A stretch of DNA of 64,000 nucleotides from an uncultured Oscillospiraceae bacterium. Lineage in GTDB: Bacteria; Bacillota; Clostridia; Oscillospirales; Oscillospiraceae. Under the pieces are notes generated by a model. That model was not told where the DNA came from. It saw only the letters and a list, made by a program, of their open reading frames with translations, and searched no databases. The position numbers and the translations under genes are program-made. How positions within the stretch are numbered: the first letter of the stretch is position 1; the number at the start of each line of letters is the position of its first letter. The DNA is taken from the NCBI GenBank assembly GCA_934589225.1, contig CAKTNS010000006.1, forward strand, positions 809-64,808, written 5' to 3'. Of the stretch, positions 36,161-46,364 are shown piece by piece.

Positions 36161-37585
36161 ATGGGCGGTTTCTTTGGCGCGGTCTCCAAGCGGGACTGCA
36201 TTTTAGACGTATTCTTCGGCACCGACTACCATTCCCACCTGGGCACCCGCCGGGGCGGTATGGCGGCCTACGATTCCCGGCTGGGTCTCCAGCGGGAAAT
36301 TCACAATATTGAAAATTCTCCCTTCCGTACCAAATTTGACGGCATTCTGAACGATATGAAGGGTACCAGCGCCATCGGCTGTATTTCCGATACCGACCCC
36401 CAGCCTCTGCTGATTCGGTCCAACCTGGGTACCTACGCTATTTGCACCATCGGCATCATCAACAATGCGGAGGCTCTGTTTTCTCAGTATCTGTCCTTCA
36501 GCGGCGGCCACTTTGAGGCCATGTCCGGGGGCAGAGTGAACTCCAACGAGTTGATTTCCGCTTTGATCGACCAGAAAAGCTCCTTTGCGGAAGGGATTCG
36601 CTTTGCCCAGGACATGATTGAGGGCACGGCCTCCATCCTGATTCTGAAGGACGACGGCCACCTGATCGCCGCCCGGGACAAGCTGGGCCGGATTCCCATC
36701 ATCCTGGAAAAGAACGAGGACGGCTTCTGCGTGACCTTTGAGGACTACGCCGGCGAAAAACTGGGGTATGAATTCTACCGGGAGCTGGGCCCCGGCGAGG
36801 TGGTGGAGCTGACCCCCGAGGAAGAGACTGTTCTGCTGGAGCCCCGGAAAAAGAAGAAGATCTGCGCCTTCCTGTGGTCCTACTACGGCTACCCCACCTC
36901 CTGCTATGAGGGCAAGAACGTGGAGGTCATGCGCTATCGCAACGGCCGCATTATGGCCAAGGCGGACAAGGAAAACGGCATCGCCCAGGACATTGACTAT
37001 GTAGGCGGCGTGCCGGATTCCGGCACTCCCCACGCCATCGGCTATGCCAACGAAAGCGGCGTGCCCTTTGCCAGACCCTTCATTAAATATACCCCCACCT
37101 GGCCCAGAAGCTTCATGCCCTCCAACCAGTCGGAGCGGAACATGGTGGCCAAAATGAAGCAGATTCCCGTAGACGAGCTGATCAGAGACAAGAAGCTGCT
37201 GTTTGTAGACGACTCCATTGTCCGGGGCACCCAGCTGCGGGAGACCGTAGACTTCCTCTATGAGCACGGGGCCAAGGATGTCCACATCCGCTCCGCCTGT
37301 CCTCCTATTCTCTACGCCTGCAAGTTCCTGAACTTCTCCCGGTCCAACAACGAAAATGACCTGATCGCCCGGGCCACCATCCTGGAGCTGGAGGGTGAAG
37401 AGGGCTTCAAGTACCTGGACGAATACAGAGACGGCACCACCGAGCGGGGCAAGAAGCTGCGGCAGACCATCTGCGAAAAGCTCCACTTCTCCACCCTGGA
37501 ATACCAGACCCTGGAGGGCATTCTGGAAGCCATCGATCTTCCCGAATGCGACGTATGTACCTACTGCTGGAACGGCAAAGAATAA
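36161..37585 (+). CDS. purF: Amidophosphoribosyltransferase (divergent N-terminus)
   Basis: PRTase motif LLFVDDSIVRGTQL. N-terminus MGGFFGAVSKRDCILDVFFGTDYHSHLGTRRGG. Operon context. Confidence 0.8.
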   Translation: MGGFFGAVSKRDCILDVFFGTDYHSHLGTRRGGMAAYDSRLGLQREIHNIENSPFRTKFDGILNDMKGTSAIGCISDTDPQPLLIRSNLGTYAICTIGIINNAEALFSQYLSFSGGHFEAMSGGRVNSNELISALIDQKSSFAEGIRFAQDMIEGTASILILKDDGHLIAARDKLGRIPIILEKNEDGFCVTFEDYAGEKLGYEFYRELGPGEVVELTPEEETVLLEPRKKKKICAFLWSYYGYPTSCYEGKNVEVMRYRNGRIMAKADKENGIAQDIDYVGGVPDSGTPHAIGYANESGVPFARPFIKYTPTWPRSFMPSNQSERNMVAKMKQIPVDELIRDKKLLFVDDSIVRGTQLRETVDFLYEHGAKDVHIRSACPPILYACKFLNFSRSNNENDLIARATILELEGEEGFKYLDEYRDGTTERGKKLRQTICEKLHFSTLEYQTLEGILEAIDLPECDVCTYCWNGKE

Positions 37586-37629
37586 ATAATCAAAAAACGT
37601 ATCCCCCACAATAATAAAGGAGATTACTT

Positions 37630-38679
37630 ATGGAACACAAGAATTCTCAGTCTGCCAGCTACGCCGCTGCCGGTGTGGACATTACCGCCGGTTACAAGGC
37701 CGTGGAACTTATGAAGAAGCATGTGGCCCGCACCCGCAACGAGGGCTGCCTGGATGACGTGGGCGGCTTCGGCGGCTGCTTCGGTCTGCCTGTGGCGGGC
37801 ATGGAGGAGCCGGTGCTGGTCTCCGGCACCGACGGCGTGGGCACCAAGCTGCGCATTGCCCAGCTCCTTGACAAGCACGACACCATCGGCATTGACTGTG
37901 TTGCCATGTGCGTCAACGATGTGATCTGCTGCGGTGCCAGACCTCTGTTCTTCCTGGATTACATCGCCTGCGGCAAAAACGTGCCGGAGCGCATTGCGGA
38001 GATCGTGGGCGGCGTGGCCGAGGGCTGCGTCCAGTCCGGCTCCGCCCTCATTGGCGGCGAGACTGCCGAGCATCCCGGCATGATGCCTGTGGATGACTAC
38101 GATCTGGCGGGCTTCAGTGTGGGCATTGTGGATAAGAAGAAGATCATTGACAATTCCCGCATGAAGGTGGGCGACAAGGTCATTGCCCTGGCCTCCACCG
38201 GTGTCCACTCCAACGGCTTCAGCCTGGTGCGGAAGGTCTTTGACGTGGAGCATAACCCCGACCTTAAAAACCCCTGCGAGGCTCTGGGGGGCAAGTCCGT
38301 TCTGGAGACCCTGCTGACCCCCACCAAAATTTACGTCAAGAGCATTCTGGCGCTTCTGGAGCAGGTGGACGTGAAGGGCATCAGCCACATTACCGGCGGC
38401 GGCTTCTATGAGAACATCCCCCGCAGCATTCCTGAGGGCCTCTGCGCCAAAATCGACAGAAGCGCCGTCCGGGTGCTGCCCATCTTTGACCTCATCGCCA
38501 AGACCGGCAACATCCCCGAGCGGGATATGTTCAACACCTTTAATATGGGCGTTGGCATGAGCGTAGTGGTTCCAGCCGACCAGGTGGACACCGCCCTGGA
38601 AATCCTGAAGGGCCACGGCGAGACCGCCTATGTCATCGGCTCCATTGTGGAGAACGAGGAAAAGGTGATTCTGGAATGA
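37630..38679 (+). CDS. purM: Phosphoribosylformylglycinamidine cyclo-ligase (AIR synthetase)
   Basis: [33 protein letters not shown]. Confidence 0.95.
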   Translation: MEHKNSQSASYAAAGVDITAGYKAVELMKKHVARTRNEGCLDDVGGFGGCFGLPVAGMEEPVLVSGTDGVGTKLRIAQLLDKHDTIGIDCVAMCVNDVICCGARPLFFLDYIACGKNVPERIAEIVGGVAEGCVQSGSALIGGETAEHPGMMPVDDYDLAGFSVGIVDKKKIIDNSRMKVGDKVIALASTGVHSNGFSLVRKVFDVEHNPDLKNPCEALGGKSVLETLLTPTKIYVKSILALLEQVDVKGISHITGGGFYENIPRSIPEGLCAKIDRSAVRVLPIFDLIAKTGNIPERDMFNTFNMGVGMSVVVPADQVDTALEILKGHGETAYVIGSIVENEEKVILE

Positions 38680-39278
38680 AAACCAAAATCGCGGTGCTGG
38701 TTTCCGGCGGCGGCACCAATTTGCAGGCCCTGCTGGATGCCCAGCGGCGGCAGGAGCTGGTCAGCGGCGAAATCGCCCTGGTGGTCTCCAACAACGCCAA
38801 GGCCTATGCTCTGGAGCGGGCCAAACAGGCGGGCATCCCCACAAAGGTGCTGCTGAAAAAGGATTTGGGCGGCCAGGAGGGTTTTGAACAGGCCCTGTGC
38901 AAAACTCTGGAAGAGGCGGGCATTGGGCTAATCGTGCTGGCGGGCTTTATGAGCATTCTGACAGAACAATTTACCGCCCGGTATCCCCGCCGCATCATCA
39001 ATGTCCATCCTTCCCTGATCCCCTCCTTCTGCGGGGCGGGCTTCTATGGGCTGAAGGTCCATGAAGCGGCCCTTGCCAAGGGCGTGCGGGTGACGGGAGC
39101 CACCATCCATTTTGTCAACGAAATTCCCGATGGGGGAGAGATCATTGCCCAGAAGGCGGTGGATATTCTCCCCGGCGACACCCCGGAGGTTTTGCAGCGC
39201 CGGGTCATGGAGCAGGCCGAGTGGGTGCTGCTTCCCCGGGCTGTGGAGCAAGTGTCGGCATACATTCAGAATTTATAA
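38676..39278 (+). CDS. purN: Phosphoribosylglycinamide formyltransferase
   Basis: [31 protein letters not shown]. Confidence 0.95.
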   Translation: MKTKIAVLVSGGGTNLQALLDAQRRQELVSGEIALVVSNNAKAYALERAKQAGIPTKVLLKKDLGGQEGFEQALCKTLEEAGIGLIVLAGFMSILTEQFTARYPRRIINVHPSLIPSFCGAGFYGLKVHEAALAKGVRVTGATIHFVNEIPDGGEIIAQKAVDILPGDTPEVLQRRVMEQAEWVLLPRAVEQVSAYIQNL

Positions 39279-39290
39279 GGGGGAGCACAG

Positions 39291-40004
39291 ATGAACGTCT
39301 ACGAAATCGGCAATATGAAGGAAAAACTGGCCTCCAATGTTTACCCCGGCCGGGGCATTGTCCTGGGACTGACCCCGGACGGCAAGGAAGCCGTAGCCGC
39401 CTACTTTATCATGGGCCGCAGCGTCAACAGCCGGAACCGGGTTTTTGCCCTGGAGCCTGACGGCATCCGGACGGAGGCCTACGATCCCAGCAAGATGGAA
39501 GACCCCAGCCTGATTATTTACCACCCTGTCCGCCAGCTGGGCCGGGCACTGATCGTGACCAACGGCGACCAGACCGACACCATCCGGGACTTCCTGGAAA
39601 AGGGGAAGACCATGGAGGAGGCCCTGGGCACCCGGAAATTCGAGCACGACGGCCCCAACTGGACACCCCGTATTTCCGGCCTTGTAAGCCCCGACGGCAG
39701 CTACAAAATGTCCATTCTGAAGGCCGCCGACCCGGCCGGCACCGCCTGCAACCGCTTTACCTATGACTATGAGCCCATCCCCGGCCTGGGCCACTTCCTG
39801 CACACCTATGTGTGCGACGGAAACCCGGTGATCCCCACCTTCCAGGGGGAGCCGGAGCGGGTGGAGATCCCTCAGAATATGGATGCCTTTGTGGAAACCC
39901 TGTGGGAAAATCTGAACGAGGACAACAAAATCTCCTTGTTCGTCCGCTATACCGATTTGGAAACCGGCAAGTACCGCCAGAAGGTCATCAACCGCTACGA
40001 ATAA
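39291..40004 (+). CDS. purO: Stand-alone IMP cyclohydrolase (PurO-type)
   Basis: YPGRGIVLGLTPDGKEAVAAYFIMGRS.NSRNR. Lies directly upstream of an AICARFT-only purH. Confidence 0.7.
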   Translation: MNVYEIGNMKEKLASNVYPGRGIVLGLTPDGKEAVAAYFIMGRSVNSRNRVFALEPDGIRTEAYDPSKMEDPSLIIYHPVRQLGRALIVTNGDQTDTIRDFLEKGKTMEEALGTRKFEHDGPNWTPRISGLVSPDGSYKMSILKAADPAGTACNRFTYDYEPIPGLGHFLHTYVCDGNPVIPTFQGEPERVEIPQNMDAFVETLWENLNEDNKISLFVRYTDLETGKYRQKVINRYE

Positions 40005-40016
40005 GGGGAGAGAGAT

Positions 40017-41201
40017 ATGAAAGAATTTGAACTGAAATACGGCTGCAACCCCAACCAGAAGCCCGCCTCCATTTACATGGCCGACGGCTCTGACCTGCCC
40101 ATCACCGTGCTCAACGGCCGGCCGGGCTACATCAACTTCCTGGATGCCCTGAACTCCTATCAGCTGGTGAAGGAGCTGAAGGCCGCCACGGGCCTGTGCG
40201 CCGTGACCTCCTTCAAGCACGTCTCCCCCACCTCCGCCGCCGTGGGCAAGGTGCTGCCGGAGAACCTGAAAAAGGCCTGCTTTGTAGACGACGTGGAGGG
40301 CCTGGACGATTCCCCTCTGGCCTGCGCCTATGCCCGTGCCCGGGGCACGGACCGGATGTGCTCCTTTGGCGACTGGGTGGCCCTGTCTGATACCTGCGAC
40401 GCCCTCACCGCCAAGCTCATTGCCCGGGAGGTTTCTGACGGTGTCATCGCCCCCGGCTACACGGAAGAGGCCCTGGAAATCCTGAAAGCCAAGCGCAAGG
40501 GCAGCTACAATGTAGTTTCCATTGACGAAAACTACGTGCCCGCCCCCCAGGAGACCAAAATGGTCTACGGCGTCACCTTCCAGCAGGGCCGGAACAACTT
40601 TAAGATCGACGCCGAGCTGCTTCAAAATATCGTGACGGAAAAGAAGGACCTGCCGGAGAACGCCAAAATTGATCTGATCGTGGCCCTCATTACCTTAAAA
40701 TACACCCAGTCCAATTCCGTTTGCTTTGCCTATGACGGCCAGGCCATCGGTGTAGGGGCCGGTCAGCAGTCCCGCATCCACTGCACCCGTCTGGCAGGCT
40801 CCAAGGCCGACACCTGGTTCCTGCGGCAGCACCCCAAGACCCTGGCCCTGCCCTTCCGGAAGGACCTGGGCCGTCCGGGCCGGGACAATGTGATCGACGG
40901 CTACATCAACGGCAACGAAGAGGATGTCTGCGCCGAGGGCATCTGGCAGAATTACTTCACCACCCGTCCCCAGCCCCTGACCCAGGAGGACAAGCGGGCA
41001 TTCCTGGATGAGATTCGGGGCGTGTCCCTGGGCTCCGATGCCTTCTTCCCCTTCCCGGACAACATCAAGCGGGCCTATGCTTCCGGCGTTTCCTACATCG
41101 CCCAGCCCGGCGGCTCCATCCGGGACGACCTGGTCATTGCCGAGTGCGACAAAGACGGCATCGTCATGGCCTTTACCGGCATGCGGCTGTTCCACCACTA
41201 A
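40017..41201 (+). CDS. purH: AICAR formyltransferase (PurH C-terminal-domain-only protein)
   Basis: LKYGCNPNQ, VGAGQQSRIHC, GSDAFFPF, IAQPGGSIRD. Confidence 0.85.
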   Translation: MKEFELKYGCNPNQKPASIYMADGSDLPITVLNGRPGYINFLDALNSYQLVKELKAATGLCAVTSFKHVSPTSAAVGKVLPENLKKACFVDDVEGLDDSPLACAYARARGTDRMCSFGDWVALSDTCDALTAKLIAREVSDGVIAPGYTEEALEILKAKRKGSYNVVSIDENYVPAPQETKMVYGVTFQQGRNNFKIDAELLQNIVTEKKDLPENAKIDLIVALITLKYTQSNSVCFAYDGQAIGVGAGQQSRIHCTRLAGSKADTWFLRQHPKTLALPFRKDLGRPGRDNVIDGYINGNEEDVCAEGIWQNYFTTRPQPLTQEDKRAFLDEIRGVSLGSDAFFPFPDNIKRAYASGVSYIAQPGGSIRDDLVIAECDKDGIVMAFTGMRLFHH

Positions 41202-41233
41202 GAGTGCTTTTCTAAAAAGAAAGGTTGATGGAT

Positions 41234-42502
41234 ATGAAAATTCTGGTAGTCGGTGGCGGCGGACGAGAGCATGCCATTATTAAAAAGCTGAAAGAAAACC
41301 AAACCGTGGAGACCGTTTACGCCCTGCCCGGCAACGGCGGCATGGCCAAGGACGCGGTGTGCGTGCCCATTGGGGCCACGGACATTGATAAAATCCTGGC
41401 CTTCGCCCTGGAAAACCAGGTGGATTACGCCGTGGTGGCCCCGGATGACCCCCTGGTACTGGGGGCGGTGGATGCGCTGACGGAAAAGGGCATCCCCTGC
41501 TTTGGCCCCAGGGCCAACGCCGCCATTATTGAGGGCAGCAAGGTGTTCTCCAAGAACCTGATGAAGAAATACGGCATTCCCACGGCGGAATATGAGGTTT
41601 TTGACAATCTGGAGGCGGCCCTTAAGTATCTGGAGACCGCCCCCATCCCCACGGTCATCAAGGCCGACGGCCTGGCCCTGGGCAAGGGTGTGATCATCGC
41701 CGCCACCCGGGAGGAAGCCCGGGCAGCGGTGCGGGATATGATGGCCAACAAGGTCTTCGGCAAAAGCGGCGACCATGTGGTCATTGAGGAATTCCTCACC
41801 GGCCCCGAGGTCAGCGTCCTGAGCTTTACCGATGGCAAGGTGGTAAAGCCCATGGTGTCCTCCATGGACCACAAGCGGGCCGGGGACAATGACACGGGCC
41901 TCAATACCGGCGGCATGGGCACCGTGGCCCCCAACCCCTATTACACTCCGGAAATGGCCCAGCGGTGTATGGAAGAGATCTTCCTGCCCACCATCCGGGC
42001 CATGAACGCCGAGGGCCGGACCTTCCGGGGCTGTCTGTACTTTGGCCTGATGCTGACCCCCAAGGGGCCCAAGGTCATTGAGTACAACTGCCGCTTTGGC
42101 GACCCGGAGACCCAGGTGGTGCTGCCGCTGCTGGAAAGCGATTTGCTCACCGTGATGCAGGCCACCACCAACGGCACCCTGGCGGATACCGAGGTGCGCT
42201 TCTCTAAGAAGAATGCCTGCTGCGTCATCAAGGCCTCGGCGGGCTATCCGGTGTCTTACAAGAAGGGCTTCCCCCTGACCATGACCCCGGAGGCGGAGCG
42301 CCATACCTATGTGGCGGGGGCCAAGCTGGACGAAGCGGGAAATCTTGTCACCTCCGGCGGCCGGGTCACCGGCACCACCGCCGTGGCGGATACCCTGGAG
42401 GAGGCCATTCGGGAGGCTTACCGTCTGTCCGACGGCGTACAGTTTGAAAACGCTTATCGCAGAAGCGATATTGGCAAGCGGGCAATGCAGGCCCTCAAAT
42501 AA
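41234..42502 (+). CDS. purD: Phosphoribosylamine-glycine ligase
   Basis: MKILVVGGGGREHA, IKADGLALGKGV, YNCRFGDPETQ. Confidence 0.95.
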   Translation: MKILVVGGGGREHAIIKKLKENQTVETVYALPGNGGMAKDAVCVPIGATDIDKILAFALENQVDYAVVAPDDPLVLGAVDALTEKGIPCFGPRANAAIIEGSKVFSKNLMKKYGIPTAEYEVFDNLEAALKYLETAPIPTVIKADGLALGKGVIIAATREEARAAVRDMMANKVFGKSGDHVVIEEFLTGPEVSVLSFTDGKVVKPMVSSMDHKRAGDNDTGLNTGGMGTVAPNPYYTPEMAQRCMEEIFLPTIRAMNAEGRTFRGCLYFGLMLTPKGPKVIEYNCRFGDPETQVVLPLLESDLLTVMQATTNGTLADTEVRFSKKNACCVIKASAGYPVSYKKGFPLTMTPEAERHTYVAGAKLDEAGNLVTSGGRVTGTTAVADTLEEAIREAYRLSDGVQFENAYRRSDIGKRAMQALK

Positions 42503-42522
42503 ACAATTGGAGGAAATACCCC

Positions 42523-45500
42523 ATGGTTTATCGCGTTTATGTAGAAAAAAAGCAGGGCCAGACCCATGAGGCCCAGGGCTTACTGCGGGACATTCAGGAG
42601 TTTCTGGGCATTGGCAGCCTGACGGGCCTCCGGGTGCTCAACCGCTACGATGCGGAGAACATCGAAAAGGACTTGTTTGATGCTGCCGTCAACACGGTGT
42701 TCTCCGAGCCCCAGGTGGACAATGTAAGCTATGAGCTGCCCCAGGGAGATGTGGTCTTTGCGGTGGAGCCGCTGCCCGGTCAGTATGACCAGCGGGCGGA
42801 TTCCGCGGCCCAGTGCATCCAGATCATCTCCCAGGGCAACCGCCCCACCATCCGCACCGCCAAGGTCTATGTGCTCTCCGGTGCCCCCAGTGAGGACGAG
42901 CTGGCGGCCATTAAGAAATACGTCATCAACGCCGTGGAAAGCCGGGAGGCTTCTCTGGAGCTGCCCCAGACCCTGGCCATTGACTACACCATTCCCCAGA
43001 CCGTTGCCACGGTAGAGGGCTTTACCGCCATGGATGAAGAAGCTCTGGGGGCGTTGCTTGACAAGCTGGGCCTTGCCATGGATTTGGACGACCTCAAGTT
43101 CCTCCAGGCCTACTTCCGGGACCAGGAGCACCGTGACCCCACCATTACGGAGATCCGGGTGGTGGATACCTATTGGTCTGACCACTGCCGCCATACCACC
43201 TTCTCCACCCACCTGGACAACATCGTCATCCACGACCCCGCCGTTCAGGAAGCCTACAAGCAGTATCTGGCGGCACGGGTGGAGGTCTACGGGGAAGAAA
43301 AGGCTGCGGCACGGCCCCAGACTCTCATGGACATTGCCACCATCGGTGCCAAGACCCTGAAAAAGCGGGGCCTGCTTCCGGAGCTGGACGAGAGCGAGGA
43401 GATCAACGCCTGCTCCATCCACGTCACCGCCACCGTCAACGGGGAAGACCAGGACTGGCTGCTGATGTTTAAGAACGAAACCCACAACCACCCTACGGAA
43501 ATCGAGCCCTTCGGCGGTGCGGCCACCTGCATCGGCGGCTGTATCCGGGACCCCCTGTCCGGCCGGGCCTACGTCCATCAGGCCATGCGGGTCACCGGTG
43601 CCGCCGACCCCCGGACCAGCCTGAAAGACACCATCCCCGGCAAGCTCCCCCAGCGGAAGCTCTGCCAGACTGCCGCGGCGGGCTACTCCTCCTACGGCAA
43701 CCAAATCGGCCTGGCCACCGGCCATGTGGCGGAACTGTACCACGAGGGCTTTGTTGCCAAACGGCTGGAATGCGGCGCGGTGGTGGCGGCGGCTCCTGCT
43801 GAAAATGTCCGCCGGGAGTGCCCTGCTGCCGGTGACGTGGTGATCCTGCTGGGCGGCCGTACCGGACGGGACGGCATCGGCGGTGCCACCGGTTCCTCCA
43901 AGAGCCACAATATGAAGTCCCTGATCACCATGGCCTCCGAGGTCCAGAAGGGCAATGCCCCGGAGGAGCGGAAGATCCAGCGGCTGTTCCGGGACGGCAA
44001 TGTGACGAGACTCATTAAGCGCTGCAATGACTTCGGTGCCGGCGGCGTGTCCGTGGCCATCGGCGAGCTGGCCGACGGCCTGCGAATTGATTTGGACGCC
44101 GTGCGGAAAAAGTACGACGGCCTGGATGGCACGGAGCTGGCCATTTCCGAATCCCAGGAGCGGATGGCGGTGGTGGTTGCCCCGGAGGATGCAGAGGCCT
44201 TTATCGCCGCTGCGGAAAAGGAAAATCTGGAAGCCTACCGGGTGGCGGTGGTCACCCAGGAGCCCCGGATGATCATGAGTTGGAAGGGCAAGGAAATTGC
44301 CAACCTGTCCCGGGAATTTCTCAATACCAACGGTGCGGTGAAGCACACCGCCGTAGAGGTTCCCGCCGCCAAGGCCCTGGAGGTTTCCTCTGCCAGTCTG
44401 AAGGAAATGGCTGCCCAGCTGCGCTTTGCCTCCCAGAGAGGTCTGGTGGAGCGGTTTGATGCCACCATCGGCGCGGGCAGCCTGCTGATGCCCTTCGGCG
44501 GCAAGAACCAGGCCACCCCGGCCCAGGCCATGGCCGCCAAGCTGCCGGTGCTGCCGGGACAGACCACCGATGCCGCCAGCGTTATGGCCTGGGGCTGTGA
44601 CCCGGAGCTCCTCAGCGCCGACCCCTTCCAGGGTGCCAAGGCCGCGGTGATCTCCTCCATGGCCAAAATCGTGGCCGCCGGTGCGGATTACAAAAAGGCC
44701 TACCTGACCCTGCAGGAGTTCTTTGAAAAGCTGAGAAACGAGCCCCAGCGCTGGGGCAAGCCCTTTGAGGCTTTGCTTGGTGCGCTGGATGCCCAGCTCC
44801 ACCTGAACGCCGCGGCCATCGGCGGCAAGGACTCCATGTCCGGCACCTTCCTGGAGAAGGACGTGCCTCCCACGGTGATTTCCTTTGCCATTGCCCCGGT
44901 GAAGGCCCAGGACGTTCTGTCCTGCGAGTTCAAGGAGCCGGGCCACCCGGTGTACTGCTTCACCTCCGACGGCAGCTACGAGGATTTGAAAAACACCTGG
45001 CAGCGGTTCCATGAGCTGTGCCAGGCCGGAAAGGTCCGGGCCGCCTGGGCGGTGGATGCCGGCGGTGTCTCCGAGGCCGTGGTGAAGATGTCCTTCGGCA
45101 ACACCATCGGTTTCCGGGGCGAGGATACGGACTGCGGTTACGGCGACATCATTGCAGAACTCACCGAGGACTGCGATTTTGGCCGGAAGATCGGCTACAC
45201 CTGCCAGGAGCCCGTCATCGTGCTGGATGACGAGAAGGTCTCCATTGGGGAGCTCTACGACATCAATACCGCCGTCCTGGAATCCGTCTATCCCACCAAG
45301 ACCCAGGAAACCAAGGCCCCCGTGCCCGTGTTCAACTATGAGGCCAAGTCTTACCCCGCCCCCGCGGTAAAGACTGCCAAGCCCCGGGTGCTGATTCCCG
45401 TGTTCCCCGGCACCAACTGCGAGTATGATTCCGCCCGGGCCGTTCTGGCCGCCGGCGCGGAGGCGGACATTGCGGTCATCCGCAATCTGACCGCCGAGGA

Positions 45501-46176
45501 TGTGGCCCGGTCCGTGGAGGATGTGGCCAAGCGCATTGGGGAGAGCCAGATGATTTTCATCCCCGGCGGCTTCTCCGGCGGCGACGAGCCCGACGGCTCC
45601 GCCAAGTTCATTACGGCATTCTTCCGCAACCCTGCCATCAAAGAGCAGGTAACGGCGCTGCTTGAAAACCGGGACGGCCTGATGTGCGGCATCTGCAACG
45701 GCTTCCAGGCCCTGATCAAGCTGGGGTTGGTGCCCTACGGGAAGATCATCGACACCGATGCCTCCTGCCCCACCCTGACCTTCAATACCATTGCCCGGCA
45801 CCAGAGCCGCATCGTCAGAACCCGGGTGGCTTCCAACAAGTCCCCCTGGCTGTCTTTGACAAACGTGGGCGACATTTACAATGTACCCATTTCCCACGGC
45901 GAGGGCAAGTTCCTGGCAAGTCAGGAGCTTGTAAAGCAGCTGGCGGACAACGGCCAGATCGCCACCCAGTATGTGGACCTGGAAGGAAATCCCACCATGG
46001 ATGCCGCCTTCAACCCCAACGGCTCCGTCTGCGCCATTGAGGGCATCACCTCTCCCGATGGCCGCGTCTTCGGCAAGATGGGCCACAGCGAACGCATCGG
46101 CCAGGGACTCTACCGCAACGTCCCCGGGGAATACGACATTCAGATGTTCCGTGCCGCCGTCAAGTACTTTGGTTGA
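42523..46176 (+). CDS. purL: Phosphoribosylformylglycinamidine synthase, single-chain large form (PurS/L/Q fused)
   Basis: 1217 aa. ETHNHPTEIEPFGGAATCIGG, GGRTGRDGIGGAT, C-terminal GATase GICNGFQAL ... HGEG. Confidence 0.95.
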   Translation: MVYRVYVEKKQGQTHEAQGLLRDIQEFLGIGSLTGLRVLNRYDAENIEKDLFDAAVNTVFSEPQVDNVSYELPQGDVVFAVEPLPGQYDQRADSAAQCIQIISQGNRPTIRTAKVYVLSGAPSEDELAAIKKYVINAVESREASLELPQTLAIDYTIPQTVATVEGFTAMDEEALGALLDKLGLAMDLDDLKFLQAYFRDQEHRDPTITEIRVVDTYWSDHCRHTTFSTHLDNIVIHDPAVQEAYKQYLAARVEVYGEEKAAARPQTLMDIATIGAKTLKKRGLLPELDESEEINACSIHVTATVNGEDQDWLLMFKNETHNHPTEIEPFGGAATCIGGCIRDPLSGRAYVHQAMRVTGAADPRTSLKDTIPGKLPQRKLCQTAAAGYSSYGNQIGLATGHVAELYHEGFVAKRLECGAVVAAAPAENVRRECPAAGDVVILLGGRTGRDGIGGATGSSKSHNMKSLITMASEVQKGNAPEERKIQRLFRDGNVTRLIKRCNDFGAGGVSVAIGELADGLRIDLDAVRKKYDGLDGTELAISESQERMAVVVAPEDAEAFIAAAEKENLEAYRVAVVTQEPRMIMSWKGKEIANLSREFLNTNGAVKHTAVEVPAAKALEVSSASLKEMAAQLRFASQRGLVERFDATIGAGSLLMPFGGKNQATPAQAMAAKLPVLPGQTTDAASVMAWGCDPELLSADPFQGAKAAVISSMAKIVAAGADYKKAYLTLQEFFEKLRNEPQRWGKPFEALLGALDAQLHLNAAAIGGKDSMSGTFLEKDVPPTVISFAIAPVKAQDVLSCEFKEPGHPVYCFTSDGSYEDLKNTWQRFHELCQAGKVRAAWAVDAGGVSEAVVKMSFGNTIGFRGEDTDCGYGDIIAELTEDCDFGRKIGYTCQEPVIVLDDEKVSIGELYDINTAVLESVYPTKTQETKAPVPVFNYEAKSYPAPAVKTAKPRVLIPVFPGTNCEYDSARAVLAAGAEADIAVIRNLTAEDVARSVEDVAKRIGESQMIFIPGGFSGGDEPDGSAKFITAFFRNPAIKEQVTALLENRDGLMCGICNGFQALIKLGLVPYGKIIDTDASCPTLTFNTIARHQSRIVRTRVASNKSPWLSLTNVGDIYNVPISHGEGKFLASQELVKQLADNGQIATQYVDLEGNPTMDAAFNPNGSVCAIEGITSPDGRVFGKMGHSERIGQGLYRNVPGEYDIQMFRAAVKYFG

Positions 46177-46190
46177 TCCTTTTTGAAACT

Positions 46191-46226
46191 GCCCCCGGAT
46201 GCGTTCTTCGTGTCCGGGGGCTTCTG
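46191..46226 (+). terminator. Putative terminator after purL
   Basis: gcccccgga/tccgggggc 9-bp stem. Weak T tail. Confidence 0.45.
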
Positions 46227-46364
46227 CAACCGGTGCTTTCCCGGAGAAAAAGAAAAAACTCCTTGACTTCTAGGGGATTTTCATTCATAATAGGGATTGG
46301 TGCCCTTGCAGAAAACGGAAAAATTGGATGCAGGCTCCAAAAACAATGAGGAGATACATATGCT

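Noticed and set aside
42580-46086. 1168-codon ORF on the minus strand, antisense to purL. Similar long antisense ORFs lie over purF (36203..37609), purM (37624..38616), PurO/purH (39273..40625) and purD (41198..42304).
   Set aside because: The sense-strand products carry unmistakable Pur enzyme motifs. The antisense translations are low-complexity (G/A/V/L/H-rich) with no motifs, which is the expected stop-codon-poor artefact of GC-rich coding DNA.
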